In this document: one piece after another, positions 30,221 to 41,977 of the stretch
Layout: every line of letters starts with the position of its first letter
Position numbering within the stretch: position 1 is the first letter of the stretch
DNA from: an uncultured delta proteobacterium
Lineage (GTDB): Bacteria > Desulfobacterota > Desulfobacteria > Desulfobacterales > Desulfatirhabdiaceae
Length of the DNA stretch: 64,000 bases
Reading direction: 5' to 3'
NCBI GenBank assembly: GCA_963789395.1
Contig: CAWBKP010000024.1
Span: 192,001-256,000 of the forward strand
The notes under the pieces: generated by a model
The model's database searches: none
What the model saw: only the letters and a program-made list of their open reading frames with translations
Told to the model about the DNA's origin: nothing
Made by a program: the position numbers and the translations under genes

Positions 30221-33200
30221 CTATGGCGAAGCCGCCAGGGCTTCAAGTGAAAAACTGGCTGATGGCGGTCCGGATTTCTGTTCTTCAGGGCTTTTCATTG
30301 CCAGTCGATCCGAAGGGATGCCGCCGACGGTCTCAAGTTCCGTGATGATTTTCCGGGCACGGTCTTCGGCAAGCATGGACAGTTCCCCTTCAGGTACGGA
30401 CTCACTGGCCAGGAGCTTTGAATAAATGGTTTCGGCAAGAACTCGGGGGATATCAGCCTTGTTTTGGGTTTCCTTTTCGATGGCTTGCTTCAGCCCATCG
30501 AAAGCAGGCGCGCCGGATTTTTCAATGAACATCTTTTCCAGCGCATGCCGGGTATTCGGTGCTGTGAAATCGACTGCTTCGAAAGCCGCTTTTTCTTCGC
30601 CTTTTGCCCCGATAAGGCCGGCAATCGCCTGTCGCAAGCGTTGCGCTTTAAGCGCGTCTCCATCGGCATCCGGGCTGTAATGACCCTGAACGCCAAGTTT
30701 GAGCTGTGGCCGGTTTTTCAACACGTCAGCCATTTGTTGGAGCTTTTCCATTTCCGGCGGCTGAAGCTCCGACGATCCCGGATCAAATTCTATAATGACC
30801 CGTGGCTCATCGCCCCCGCCAAACACAGACCCCAGAGCCCGAAACGGCGATGTCACGATTTTGGTCATCATATTCACCAGGGCTTTCCAGACAAGTTGCC
30901 CATAGCTGAATTGCGGGTCATTCAGGTTTCCGCTCACCGGCAGCCCGATATCGATGCGTCCGCTCGAATCCTTAAGCAGCGCGAGCGCCAGATCCAGCGG
31001 CAGGTTGACGGCATCCGGGCTGTCAACATGTTCCCCCAGGGTCAAATTGTCCACAATGATCTGGTTGTCGCCGATCAGTTTTCCATCCTGAATCCGGTAT
31101 TTCAGATCCGTTGAGAGCTTTCCCGATGTGATGCGGCGACCGGCGAATTTGCCGGAATAAGGCGTCAGTTTCGTCATTTCGACATTTTTAAAAACCAGGG
31201 AAAGGTCAGTGGATATCTCTGGATGAAATACATTGATTTTGCCGTTGATTTTAGCCATGCCGTACTGATCCACATGCCCTTCCAGCTGGACCTGGGAGGG
31301 TGAATCGCCGGCGGATGTGAGTCCGATGACCGTGCCTTTCAGATCATTAATCCGCGTCAGAAATTGCGGCCGCAGGCTTAAATCGGCAAAGGCCATATCC
31401 CCTTTTTCGATTTCAAGCTTTCCGATGCGAACCGGAAAAGCCTCCTGGCTCTTTTTGGAATCGGGTTCGGGTGAGGTTTTGGACTTTGCCTGGCCGGCCT
31501 GCGATTTAAACACTCTGGACAGGTTCAGGGTGTGATCCTGGCCAATGATAATTTCGCCGATCGGCTTCGAAAGCCGGATCTTTTCAATTTCCAGTTTATC
31601 GGGTTCAAGAGTAAGTCTGATCAGCGGAATATTCAAGCTGTCCCAGCCGATGAGGGGCTTTTGGACATCTGGTTCCGTAATCAGCAGTTTGTCCAGACCG
31701 GCGCTGCCGGCATAGGCGATTTTTGCGCCTGCTGCCTTGACGCCATATTTGAGATCGCCCTGAAGGGAAACGTCGCCGGACTTCAGGGTGACCGCTGCAA
31801 CAGGCTTCAGATAAGGCTGCAGTGGGGTCAGAGATATGGCTTTCAGGTTGAGATTCGCTTCAACAGAGGGAGTTGCCGGATCAACTGTGCCATGAACTGC
31901 CACGGTCGCCTCCTTGTTTCAGTGAAAAACCCGCTTCAAAATTCATGGGTGATTTGCCGTCCACATCCGAGAGTCGGCATGAAAGTGACTGGATGTTGAG
32001 GACGGGCCTGTCCGGAACAGTTCCGAGATCCGATATATTCGAGTTGAATCCATCGACTTCAAATGACTTGATCAGAAAATTCCATGAGGGTTGAATCTCT
32101 TTCACTGTTGCCGGCACGGATAGTTTCAGCCTCACGATGCTTTGGCTCAAAAAAGTGCTGCAAGTTGATTTGGCCCTTTGAATCACGCAAGACGTCAATG
32201 GCGCCGCCATGCATGGCAATGCGTGAAACTGTTAATGAATGCGCATCGAGGTCCAGCATGCCGCCTTCAATCGTCAGCCGTTCAGTCTGGAAAAACGGCT
32301 GGGTGGCATCAATAAATTGAATGCGTGCCTCTTTCAGTTCACTGGAAATGTTTTCCAGCAAGAATCGGGTTTCCTGGGATCCGGCCTGGATTTTTGCCGC
32401 AAAATTGATCCCGATGCTTGATACTACCGTTCTGACTGGCGTGGTGCGGCTGAAATTGTCAAAGTCAAGGGCAATGTCCTTGATTTCGATGCTGTCCGCA
32501 TCCGCCGTCCAGGAGAGGGAAGGGGAAGTAGTCGGTACGGGCTTTCCCGTCGAAGATTCAAGGGGAGATGCGGTGGGGGGGGCTGCCGCTGTTTTTTCCT
32601 CCGGGTCATCTTTGTTGATTTTCGCGAAATTGATACGGCCCGCTTCATCAATACGAAGGATTATCGCTCCGCCGGCAACCCGAAGCTTTCCAACCCGAAG
32701 CTTTTTTTCTGACAGGTTGAAGCGGACCTGATCCAAATCGAGATTCTTTAATTCGAGCAAGGACGTTTCTGCTCCGGATAGCTTCAGCGACAGGCCGAGA
32801 AGACCGAAATGGAAGTTGTCCAGTTGCAGTTGCGGCTGTGTGCTGCCGGATTCCATTCGGTAGTCCGTCGCCATGTCCAGCTTCCCGGATACGGATTCCA
32901 GATTGAGCTTGTCTTTCATGAATTGCCACAGGGTCGAAGCCCGGACGGCGCTCAAAGAAAGCTTGCCGCTGGAGGCAAGCGGCGCCAGTGCAATCTGCCC
33001 CTGGCACTGAAAAGCCTCCCCGTCAGGCGTTTTTGCCGATATCGAATAGGTTCCGTTATGGCCGGGAAGTGTTGAAAGCGTTGATGCGGTCACGTCGAGT
33101 TCCTGGAAGGTAACACTTGCCGGACGGCTTTGGCGGTTGTCCGTGACAATGATTGATCCGCCGGAAACCAGAGTGCTATCAATCATCAAGCGCAGCGGCT

Positions 33201-33619
33201 TTGAATCGGAAAACGCTATTTCAGGGGATCTTGGTGCTGAATTTATCCAGATTGATACTGCCGTCCGGGTGGACGGTTACGTGAACAACCGGTTTTTCCA
33301 GACGAAGTTCCCGAAAGACAGCAATGCCGCTGATCATCCGAGTGATTTCGAAATCGAAAAACAGCCGATTGAAACCCGCAATCGGTTCTTCCGGCGAGCT
33401 GAGACTGACATCGTTTGCCTCAAACGTCAGCAGAAATGGATTGATCCGCACATGGCCGACAACGAGCCGACAGTGAAACTGCTTGGTGACGAATTTGGGC
33501 GCATACCAGCCGACTATCCATGGGGCAATGAAAAAACCGATCAGGCTGTAAAGACATAACACAGTCAACGGAACAAGGAAGAATTTATTGGTCAGAATTC
33601 GGCCGACTGCCTGTTTCAT
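30221..33619 (-). CDS. Large DUF748 (AsmA-like) repeat protein with OmpA-like C-terminus, split by about three frameshifts
   Basis: N-terminal TM + VRINPFLL; LTPYSGKFAG, LPLDLALALLKD...IDIGLPVSGNLNDPQFS, KIVTSPF. Four collinear same-strand fragments. Confidence 0.82.
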
Positions 33620-33773
33620 CTTCAGCCCCCCGTAAGGACAGGATATGGTGGGTTAATGCACGCAGCACAACTACACTGTCACCATAACCGATTTTAATAT
33701 TTTACTCAAGAAGCTGTAATGCCTGCGAGGTGCTGTAGGGGGTTGAAGTTTAGGAATAACGCACTTCCCGGAT

Positions 33774-35120
33774 TCAAGCATGAATGTTTTTTATTGTCCG
33801 TCTGGAATACCATAACGTGAAAAGCGCCGCCGACCAAGTGATTGCGAATATGCCCCAGAACACCGAGACAATGCCAAGGCCCATCAAATGAACAAAGCCA
33901 AAGAAAATTAAAAGCGGGGCAGCGATCTGGCGATACAGGCCGATCCATATCGCGTACAAGGGTTTTTTCATTCCCTGAAGGCAGGAGACGGATATGTAAA
34001 GGATGATGTAGGCCTGAAAAATGAAGGCAGCGATTCTAAGATAAACAGCGCCGATTGAAATTACGATTGGATCGGTTGTAAAAACACCCATGAGCGGCTT
34101 TGCAAAACAAAAGACACCGATGGTACCAACGGTCATGATAGAAATGCCGTACAGGATACAGGTGTTGACGGTTTCACTGACACGGTCGAATTTCTTTGCC
34201 CCGTTATTCTGTCCGACGATTGTCAGTGCGGCAAGGTTGAGTCCGAAAGATGGCAGCAGTGCAATCTGCTCAATACGTGTTGCGATACCGTATGCTGCCA
34301 CCCCTTCTTTGCCGAAGATACTTATGAAATAGGTGATGACAAAGACACCGACGGCAATGGTCATCATGTTGAGCGATGCCGGAATACCCTGCCCGGCAAG
34401 ATCGACATAGGCAGATTTTTGTGGAAGAAGTTTTTTTATGCAATCCGTGCAGAAGATTTCCGAAACAACAGCCCGGGAGCCAACATAGAGTGTGCCGAGA
34501 AACTGGATAAGAACCGTGGCCCAGGCAACACCGGCAAGGCCCATCGGCGGAATGCCGAATCCGCCATACATGAACCACGGATCTAAAACGATGTTGAGAA
34601 AAAAACCGCCGATCAAATAATTGCGAAAAGTTCTGGCGTCTCCCTGTGCGTTCAGGATGGCATTGAAAGTGTATATGAGAAGGAAAAACACGGTTCCCAG
34701 CAAAATGACATTCATGTAAGACAGACCAAGATAAAGGTACTGTCCGCCGGCGCCGAGAATTCCAAAAAGAAAGGGACTGATCAGCAGGCCGATAACGGTC
34801 ATGACAATGCCGATCAGCACCGTAAAGGAGATTGCCTGTCCGATGTATTCGGCGGCTTTTTCCCGGTCGCCTTCCCCGATGGCATTGGAAATAAGGGCGG
34901 TTGTTCCGGTGGCGATTCCGGAGCCAAGAGCGATGATCATGAAGAACACCGGAAATGATAGAGACAGAGCGGCAAGGGCATCGGTTGACAGCTGTCCGCC
35001 GTAATAGGTGTCAACGACATTATACATGGTGTTGAAAAAGAAACCGATGCTTGCAGGTACTGCTATTGCCCGAATGAGCGTTGGAACCGGTTTCTGGGTC
35101 AGATCACTGTCCTGTCTCAA
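33774..35120 (-). CDS. MATE family efflux transporter
   Basis: About 12 TM; MYNVVDTYY, LNIVLDP, GLAGVAWAT, GQNNGAK. Confidence 0.93.
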   Translation of the reverse strand: MRQDSDLTQKPVPTLIRAIAVPASIGFFFNTMYNVVDTYYGGQLSTDALAALSLSFPVFFMIIALGSGIATGTTALISNAIGEGDREKAAEYIGQAISFTVLIGIVMTVIGLLISPFLFGILGAGGQYLYLGLSYMNVILLGTVFFLLIYTFNAILNAQGDARTFRNYLIGGFFLNIVLDPWFMYGGFGIPPMGLAGVAWATVLIQFLGTLYVGSRAVVSEIFCTDCIKKLLPQKSAYVDLAGQGIPASLNMMTIAVGVFVITYFISIFGKEGVAAYGIATRIEQIALLPSFGLNLAALTIVGQNNGAKKFDRVSETVNTCILYGISIMTVGTIGVFCFAKPLMGVFTTDPIVISIGAVYLRIAAFIFQAYIILYISVSCLQGMKKPLYAIWIGLYRQIAAPLLIFFGFVHLMGLGIVSVFWGIFAITWSAALFTLWYSRRTIKNIHA

Positions 35121-35194
35121 AAAAGAGTAGACCTTTCGTATTTACAGCGGACGCATGCAGAGACTGAACGGCATTTTTGTTCAGGCGCTGCTTA

Positions 35195-35695
35195 TCACTG
35201 TTTTTTCTTGGCCGGATTCATCTGATCTTTGACCTGGTGATAGATATTCCGCCACATGGGATGGCCTTCTTCTGCAGGGCTCAGTGTGAAATCGGGGTCG
35301 AGTTTAAAAGCATAATTAAACTCTTTTTTGCAAAGCGTCTTCCGATTAGAAGTGCAATAGAGAAAAGCCAGGTATTTATGCGCGGTGACTTGATCGGCAA
35401 TATCAGCCAGACCCAGATCCTGGGCTTTCTTCAGGCTTTTTTCGGCAAGCGCATATTTGCCATCTTCATAATAGGAAATTCCAACGGATAATTGTTGCTC
35501 GCCCTGATTCAGATCTTTCTTCGGAATCAGGGTTATTCGTGAGTCCGGAACTTTTGTCTGATCAGAAACCGCCGATTTTTCCAACACATCCGAATCGCTC
35601 TGTTTGGGATTGGAGGCACACCCGGCGAAGATGAAAATTATTGTCATGGTTAGAATGCTTGTTTGAAAAAATGACATGATCGCCTCTCCCATCAT
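35195..35695 (-). CDS. Lipoprotein with TPR-like domain resembling the TssQ family
   Basis: Lipobox FAGC; AHKYLAFLYC...C...F...DPDFTLSPAEEGHPMW. Confidence 0.7.
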   Translation of the reverse strand: MMGEAIMSFFQTSILTMTIIFIFAGCASNPKQSDSDVLEKSAVSDQTKVPDSRITLIPKKDLNQGEQQLSVGISYYEDGKYALAEKSLKKAQDLGLADIADQVTAHKYLAFLYCTSNRKTLCKKEFNYAFKLDPDFTLSPAEEGHPMWRNIYHQVKDQMNPAKKKQ

Positions 35696-36984
35696 TTGAA
35701 TTTGTGGATGATTTTTAGTTTTTCATCGGGTTTGATTTCGCAGATCTGTGCATGGGGCGGGAATGCGGAATTCCTGATTTCGATACTGTGTTTCCCGGGG
35801 GGGATAGAAACACTGGTCAGGGGCGGCGACGTCCCATGGCGTTTTCCATCCACATATATCTCCCCCCACGGGGAGACGGCAAACCGCAGGATAGCATTCG
35901 GTGCCGGAGGCGATGGAAGTGACTGTTCATTTTTGTCAGGTTCAGCGGTTTCGGCTGTCGACGCGTTTTCCGGGAGGGTTTCGTCCGGATTGTCCTGCGG
36001 GACAATTGTGTTTACATCAGAGTGCGTGGGTTGCATCGATTCCGTCTGCAACGTATCAGCATTACCCGTGGACTGTATGATTGCTTCCGGGGCAGGCGAG
36101 CCCGGATTTTTTTCTTGAGGTTCTGGAGACAGTGCGACCTGGTCAGGTTGGACTTTCTTTGCATCAAAATCCCGGTTCCGAATGAATAAAAGGATGGATG
36201 CAAAAAAGATGGCTATGGCAACAGCGCCAAAGACAATTTTCTTTTTCCGCCACCATGTCTTATGTTCAAAGGAAACTGAAGCGGAACTTCTCACATCTTT
36301 TTCATCGGATTGCTCCAGGGCAGGTTCCAATTCCGGGGGAGAGGTGAATGTTTCTACAACGGATATTGAACGTTGCGCCGGAATTTGCAGCGCATCCCGC
36401 GTGGTCGATTCTGTCGGGGGCAGGGATTTTTCCTGTTCGTCAGTCTGTATTATGGAGTAGAGTTCATGTTTTCGGATATGTTTGTCAGAGCGCAGCCCAA
36501 GGTAATGGAAAAGATTGGCGTATTCCTGAGTCAAACAGGCGACTACTTCATAGTAGGAACGCGAAACCAGGATCTGGCCAGGGGTTGCAAAACTCATGAT
36601 GCGCTGACCGACATTGATGCCGTCACCAATGATGTTTTTTCGATTATTGATATCATTGACCAGTTTGACAGGCCCCAGATTGATGCCGAATCTGACCAGT
36701 AAGGGCTCGTCTGCGGATTGATCCGCAGGTTTCGATACGGCGTCGCGAAGGCTCATCGCGACAAAAAGAGCATCTTCCGGATCTCCCAGGAAACAAATGG
36801 CCACCCCGTCACCCGTGTCAAGAATGATGCGATCATTGACGGCGACATTCTTGATCGCTTCGGTCGTATACCGATTGAGCTGGTCTTTCAGCCGGATCTG
36901 CGCCTCGACGGATTTGGTCGAGTAATCCGCGATATCGAAATAAACAACACTGCATATAAACGTCCTGTTATCACGGTCTATCAA
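35692..36984 (-). CDS. Class III nucleotidyl cyclase with TM helix and C-terminal PEGA-like domain
   Basis: FDIADYS, TGDG, RFGINLGPV, GDGINVGQR; TM IVFGAVAIAIFFASILLF; SPWGEIYVDG...SPPL...PGKHSIEIRN. Start uncertain (TTG at 36984). Confidence 0.85.
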   Translation of the reverse strand: MIDRDNRTFICSVVYFDIADYSTKSVEAQIRLKDQLNRYTTEAIKNVAVNDRIILDTGDGVAICFLGDPEDALFVAMSLRDAVSKPADQSADEPLLVRFGINLGPVKLVNDINNRKNIIGDGINVGQRIMSFATPGQILVSRSYYEVVACLTQEYANLFHYLGLRSDKHIRKHELYSIIQTDEQEKSLPPTESTTRDALQIPAQRSISVVETFTSPPELEPALEQSDEKDVRSSASVSFEHKTWWRKKKIVFGAVAIAIFFASILLFIRNRDFDAKKVQPDQVALSPEPQEKNPGSPAPEAIIQSTGNADTLQTESMQPTHSDVNTIVPQDNPDETLPENASTAETAEPDKNEQSLPSPPAPNAILRFAVSPWGEIYVDGKRHGTSPPLTSVSIPPGKHSIEIRNSAFPPHAQICEIKPDEKLKIIHKFK

Positions 36985-37151
36985 TGTGTCACCCCGCTTT
37001 GACCTCCGGAACATCGGCCTGAAGTATGCGATGTCAATTTTCCGTGAAAAACCAATCTGCAACATTTTCACTGCAATTATCTATCTGTATTATTATTATT
37101 TTGTCAACTTCTCGCATTTTTTTTGCGATAAAACGCAACTGAAATAATAAT

Positions 37152-37192
37152 TTGTCTTGACAACTTTACAGATTAAAGTCAGGATAGGTGAC
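37152..37192 (+). promoter_or_regulatory. Promoter and candidate GntR(HutC) operator(s)
   Basis: Near-palindrome TTGTCTTGACAA containing TTGACA; GTCA-N7-TGAC at 37178-37192. Confidence 0.4.
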
Positions 37193-37237
37193 ATGTTCCG
37201 TGGCTTCCATTTAACATGAGGACTATCGCGTTATTCT

Positions 37238-37969
37238 ATGCTGAACCCCCAATCCCCCATGCCATTGTATCACCAGTTGGCGGATATACTTCTATCCGGA
37301 ATTCGAACCGGAGACTATCCGACGGATTCAAGGATTCCATCCGAACTTTCATTGGCAGCGGCCTACGGTATTGGCCGGCCGACTGTAAGGCAGGCGATCG
37401 ATATGCTGGTTCGAAAGCGTATTCTGGTTCGCAAACGCGGTTCAGGGACCTATGTATTGAGGCAGCAAAAGGAAATTGATCTGTTTTCGCTGGCAGGGAC
37501 AACGTCGGCGTTCCACCGCGAAGGTGCATCGGTGATCACGATGATCCTTCAGAAAACCCGACTGGTGTCTGTCGGATCCGATCCGGAAAATCCATTTTCC
37601 GGTCAATCCGCCTATTTTATATCCAGGCTTACCCGGGTGGAAGCAGCGCCAGTGCTGATGGAGGATATCTATCTGCATGCGGGACTCTTTACCGGGATCG
37701 ACGCTATGAATCTTTCAGGCCGATCGCTTTCCCAAATTGTGGATGAACGGTATTTCATGCGGCCGGTCAGCGGCAGGCAGACTTTCAGAATCGGATATGT
37801 GGAAGGTAGCAGAGCTGCCAACCTGGCAGTATCACCGACCACGCCCGTTTTGCTGGTCAAGCGGTTTCTCAATTTTCCTCAGGCTGACAGTGCAATCTAT
37901 TCGGAGCTTTACTGCCGGACGGATCAATTTGTTTTTTCTCAAACCATTGGAGGAATGACTGATGATTGA
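37238..37969 (+). CDS. GntR family (HutC/UTRA) regulator
   Basis: PLYHQL, IPSELSL, RPTVRQA, RGSGTYV; UTRA-like C-terminus. Confidence 0.92.
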   Translation: MLNPQSPMPLYHQLADILLSGIRTGDYPTDSRIPSELSLAAAYGIGRPTVRQAIDMLVRKRILVRKRGSGTYVLRQQKEIDLFSLAGTTSAFHREGASVITMILQKTRLVSVGSDPENPFSGQSAYFISRLTRVEAAPVLMEDIYLHAGLFTGIDAMNLSGRSLSQIVDERYFMRPVSGRQTFRIGYVEGSRAANLAVSPTTPVLLVKRFLNFPQADSAIYSELYCRTDQFVFSQTIGGMTDD

Positions 37970-39189
37970 AAGGGGCCATTACGATGGATTCGGCGGCGCC
38001 TATCTTCCGGAAATTCTCGTTGCCACCTTCGAGGAGCTTGTGGAGACATTTCAAAAAGCAAAAATCGATCCGGTTTTCTGGCAGGAATATGTGGACTTGA
38101 TGTCAACCTATTCCTGCAGGCCCACCCCGCTGACGTTTGCTGAAAATCTTACCCGGCACTTTGGGGGTGCGCGCATCTACATCAAGCGGGAAGACCTGAA
38201 TCATACCGGTGCGCACAAAGCCAACAACGTCATGGGTCAGGGCCTGCTGGTAAAGCGCATGGGAAAAAGACCGGGTCATCGCGGAGACCGGGGCAGGGCA
38301 GCACGGGGTGGCAACGGCTACCATGGCCGCCAAATTCGGATTTGCGTGCACCATCTATATGGGTGAAGTGGACGTCGAAAGACAGCGGCCGAATGTTTTC
38401 TGGATGGAACGGCTGGGGGCCGAGGTGATTCCCGTGACAGAAGGATCCAGGACCCTAAAAGACGCCATCAACGAAGCATTCCGCGACTGGGTGGCGAACA
38501 TGGATACGACCCACTATGTTCTGGGAACCGCATGCGGTCCGCATCCTTTTCCGGAAATGGTCTCTTATTTTCAGTCCATCATCGGCACGGAGGCTCGCTC
38601 ACAAATACTTCAACGAGAGAAAAAACTCCCGGCCCGCGTGTATGCCTGTGTCGGTGGCGGTTCCAACGCACTGGGACTTTTCAGCGGCTTTATGGATGAT
38701 CCGGTCGCGCTTGTGGGTGTTGAGGCCGGCGGTAAAGGGCTGGATTCCGGCCAGCATGCCTCCAGGCTGTGTTCGAAAGATGCCAGCATCGGGGTTGCCC
38801 AGGGGTATAAAACCTATTTTCTTCAGGATGCCGATGGCCAGATGAGAGAAACCCACAGCGTTGCCGCGGGACTCGATTATGTCGGGGTTTCGCCCATCCT
38901 GGCGCATCTGAAGGAAACGGGCCGGGTGCGTTTCGAGGCGGCAACCGACCGGGAGGTGATGGCGGCGCTTTCGCTGACGATCCGCATGGAAGGGGTGATT
39001 CCGGCACTGGAGTCTGCCCATGCGTTTGTCCAGGCATTTAAAGAGGCACCGGACTTGTCTCCGGATGACTGCATCATCATCAACCAGTCGGGAAGAGGGG
39101 ATAAGGATATCTTCACCATTGCCGATGCATTCAACGACCCGGAATGGCAGGCGTTCATCATCAAAAAGGCAGGTCAATACCATGCTTGA
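37962..39189 (+). CDS. trpB: Tryptophan synthase beta chain (divergent), frameshift in the A run at 38264-38268
   Basis: KREDLNHTGAHKANN (PLP Lys), IAETGAGQHG after removing one A, CVGGGSNA, GLDY, PALESAHA, SGRGDKD. Confidence 0.92.
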
Positions 39190-39944
39190 ATCCTATTTGC
39201 GGGACAGATTGAAACAGCGGGACATTCTGATCATGACCCATATCGTGATCGGATATCCGTCTTTTGAAGCATCTTTTCAACTTGTTGAAGCCATGGTCAA
39301 TGCAGGTGTTGATCTCATGGAACTGCAGATCCCGTTTTCAGAGCCGATTGCAGACGGACCGGTCATTCTTCATGCCAATCAACAGGCGCTTTCAGGGGGA
39401 GCCAGCGTTCAGAAATGCTTTGATTTTGCGCAAAAAGTAACCCGGACCTTTGATATCCCGTTTCTGTTTATGAGCTATTACAATATTCTGTTATAAATAC
39501 GGGGTGGAGCGTTTCAGCAGCAGGATGGTTGAAGACGGGCTTCAGGGGGCCATTGTTCCGGATCTGCCGCATGAAGAGGGCGCGGACTATCTCAGGGCCA
39601 TGAGCCGGAACAATCTGGCGCCGATATTCATTTTTTCTCCCACAACTTCCGATGAACGCATGAAGGCCATCGCATCTTTTGCCAGGGGATTTATTTATTG
39701 TGTTGCCAGAAAAGGGGTCACCGGCATCGACACCGATTTTTCAGACCAGCTGGAAGAATATCTGGGACGATGCCGGGCCGCATCCGATCTGCCGCTGGCC
39801 CTCGGGTTCGGGGTGAAAGACAGGGCCGATGTCGATTTTATTAAAGGAAAAGCGGACATTGCCGTCATCGGCACGCAGACCATCCGGTTGATGGAAAACG
39901 AGGGGATAGGCGCGGTTGCCAAGTTTATCAAAGGACTCAGATAG
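39182..39944 (+). CDS. trpA: Tryptophan synthase alpha chain, frameshift near 39491
   Basis: GYPS, ELQIPFSEPIADGPVI, MSYYN, VPDLP, FIYCVARKGVTG, LGFG. Confidence 0.92.
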
Positions 39945-39975
39945 GCGCAGACGACAGAAGACAGCGGTCTGAAGA

Positions 39976-41882
39976 CTAAAGGATGATTCCTCTCTTAACA
40001 AAGTCTTCGTATACGTAATCCAAACTCAAGTCATGCAACGTTTCTTTAGTAGGGATTCCTTCATTATTCCACCCCTTGAATTCATAATACGCATCGAGCG
40101 TCTTTTGTTCCATCTCGGGATCTCTTTTCTTCCAATGGTCTGCGGGAGGCTTTTCATCACTTCTTCTCAAGCCTCTTCTTATATTTATGGCTCTAATCAA
40201 ATTGCGGTTCCTGGCAGCAATTTTCCAAAGCTTTTCAGAATCCAGCTTCATGCCGGTCGCAAGCGAGATAATAATCGGCAGATTGTAGATGTGGTATGGA
40301 GGTCTTCCGCCAAACTGGCCCCTGAACGACGATAAAAATGCACAAGTGCCAATGGCGTCATCAACATAATGCATCGTCTCATTCCAATCAGCGATGTTGA
40401 TAGATGCTTCGATTGATGGATGTTGCCGCGGCTCCCATTCCATAAACCATTTCTTGAATCTTTCAGGGGCAGCGTCCCATCCTTCCACAAACTTTTTTCG
40501 CTTTTCCAAATCAGGTTCAGGTACCTGGGGATAGGACCCTTCGATCTGGGTGATATTCATCTTCTCCCCGGTGGCGTACATCAGGAAATAGGGGTAATTG
40601 ATAGTTCCCAACTTGATGGGCACCTGCTCAAATTTTTTTATGGTATTATGATCGTATGCTTCTGCGCCCTTGCCAATCTGACGGGCTGCCCAATAAACAC
40701 CATTGGCTAAGACATCACCAATCCCTTCCCGCCGAACAATTTTTTCCACCAGATAGAAAAATCTCCCAGCGCCATCCGACGGAAATCCCGGAAGGTCCAA
40801 ATCCGTTAAGATACCGGCTTCGTATAGTTCCACGGCGAAGGCCATGACCTGCGGCGTGGAGTATGCATCGAGTCCGTACTCCTGTGTAATCCCGATAATG
40901 TTATAGTCAAAATCAAGCTCTTCAAAGGCCGCCATTGCATACGTGAGTTTGCTGTAGCACTTTTGAAAATAGGGACGCCGCCCCGGATAGTTAATCGCTT
41001 GATGGCAACACTTGGGACAGTTATAGCAACCATTCCATCGAACCCGCAGTCTGTTTTCAATCGCTACCCACTTCTCTTCACGCTCATTGTTCCAAAAATC
41101 TTTTCTCCGCACACGCGCATTGCCCCATGCGAAATTGTCAACATGGAACTGATCTCCTTCCCCGCGTGCCATGGAATCCCCACAATGCGGATTTTCATAA
41201 ATTTCCTTGATCATGTTGCTGCATATGGGAAAAAGTTCAGCCGGCCGGGCGACATGGATGTCTTTCGTTCCGCGAACGGCGATCGCCTTTAACCTCTTAT
41301 CTCCCATGATCACGCCTACCCCTCGTGAGGCGCTTGAGTTATCGTGTTCAATGGAAGCCATATAGACCCGATTTTCTCCGGCCAAGCCGATAGCGGCTAC
41401 CTGAATGCGGGGATCATTCAGCTCCTGTTTAATGAGTTCTGCGGTTTCAGAAGCACCCTTTCCCTGAAGGTGGGCAGGCATCACGAATTTCGACAATATC
41501 GTTATTTATGTACAAATAGACTAAGTTGGTGGATTTTCCGCGAATGACTGATTTTGTCGTAGCCGGCATATTTCAGTTCCGGTCCAAAATATCCGCCAAA
41601 TACGGAATGTGAATATCGGCCAGTCTGGGGCGAAAAGGTATCAACAGAGGTGCGATTGGCACCTGGAACAAGCGTGCCATGCAACAGACCGGTGCTGAAT
41701 ATGAGCAGGTTATCAGGAGAAAAGGGATCCACTTCCGGAGCAACCCTGTCCCATAATATTTTCGCGGCAGTGCCCTGTCCCCCCAGATGAAGCTCGGTCC
41801 ATCTCGGGTCGGTTTCCACCCTCTCAATGTTTCCCCTGGATAGATCAATTTCAAGATTATAACCCGTCTCTGCGTACCTCAT
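39976..41882 (-). CDS. bamB: Tungsten AOR-family protein, BamB (class II benzoyl-CoA reductase catalytic subunit) paralogue; two indels near 41550 and 41477
   Basis: MRYAETGY, PELKYAGYDK, AGENRV, MGDKRLKA, NFAWGNARVRRKDFW, CYNCP, KCYSKLTY, TGEKMNITQIEG, MHYVDDA, PPYHI, GIPTKETL. These match BamB as I recall it better than generic AORs. Confidence 0.82.
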
Positions 41883-41977
41883 TTCTCACCCCTATAAAGA
41901 TTCTCATCAGGCCATTCATATAATATGGTATAGATTTTTCGTCACGATAGACCCGAACAAGATCAAAGCGGAATTAC

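Noticed and set aside
35195..37071. Type VI secretion locus or Pycsar defence system
   Set aside because: No tss core genes, and no cNMP-binding TM/TIR effector adjacent to the cyclase.
39485..39505. Stop-codon readthrough or recoding in trpA
   Set aside because: The downstream part is in a different frame; removing one T restores ILYKYGVERF, so this is an indel.
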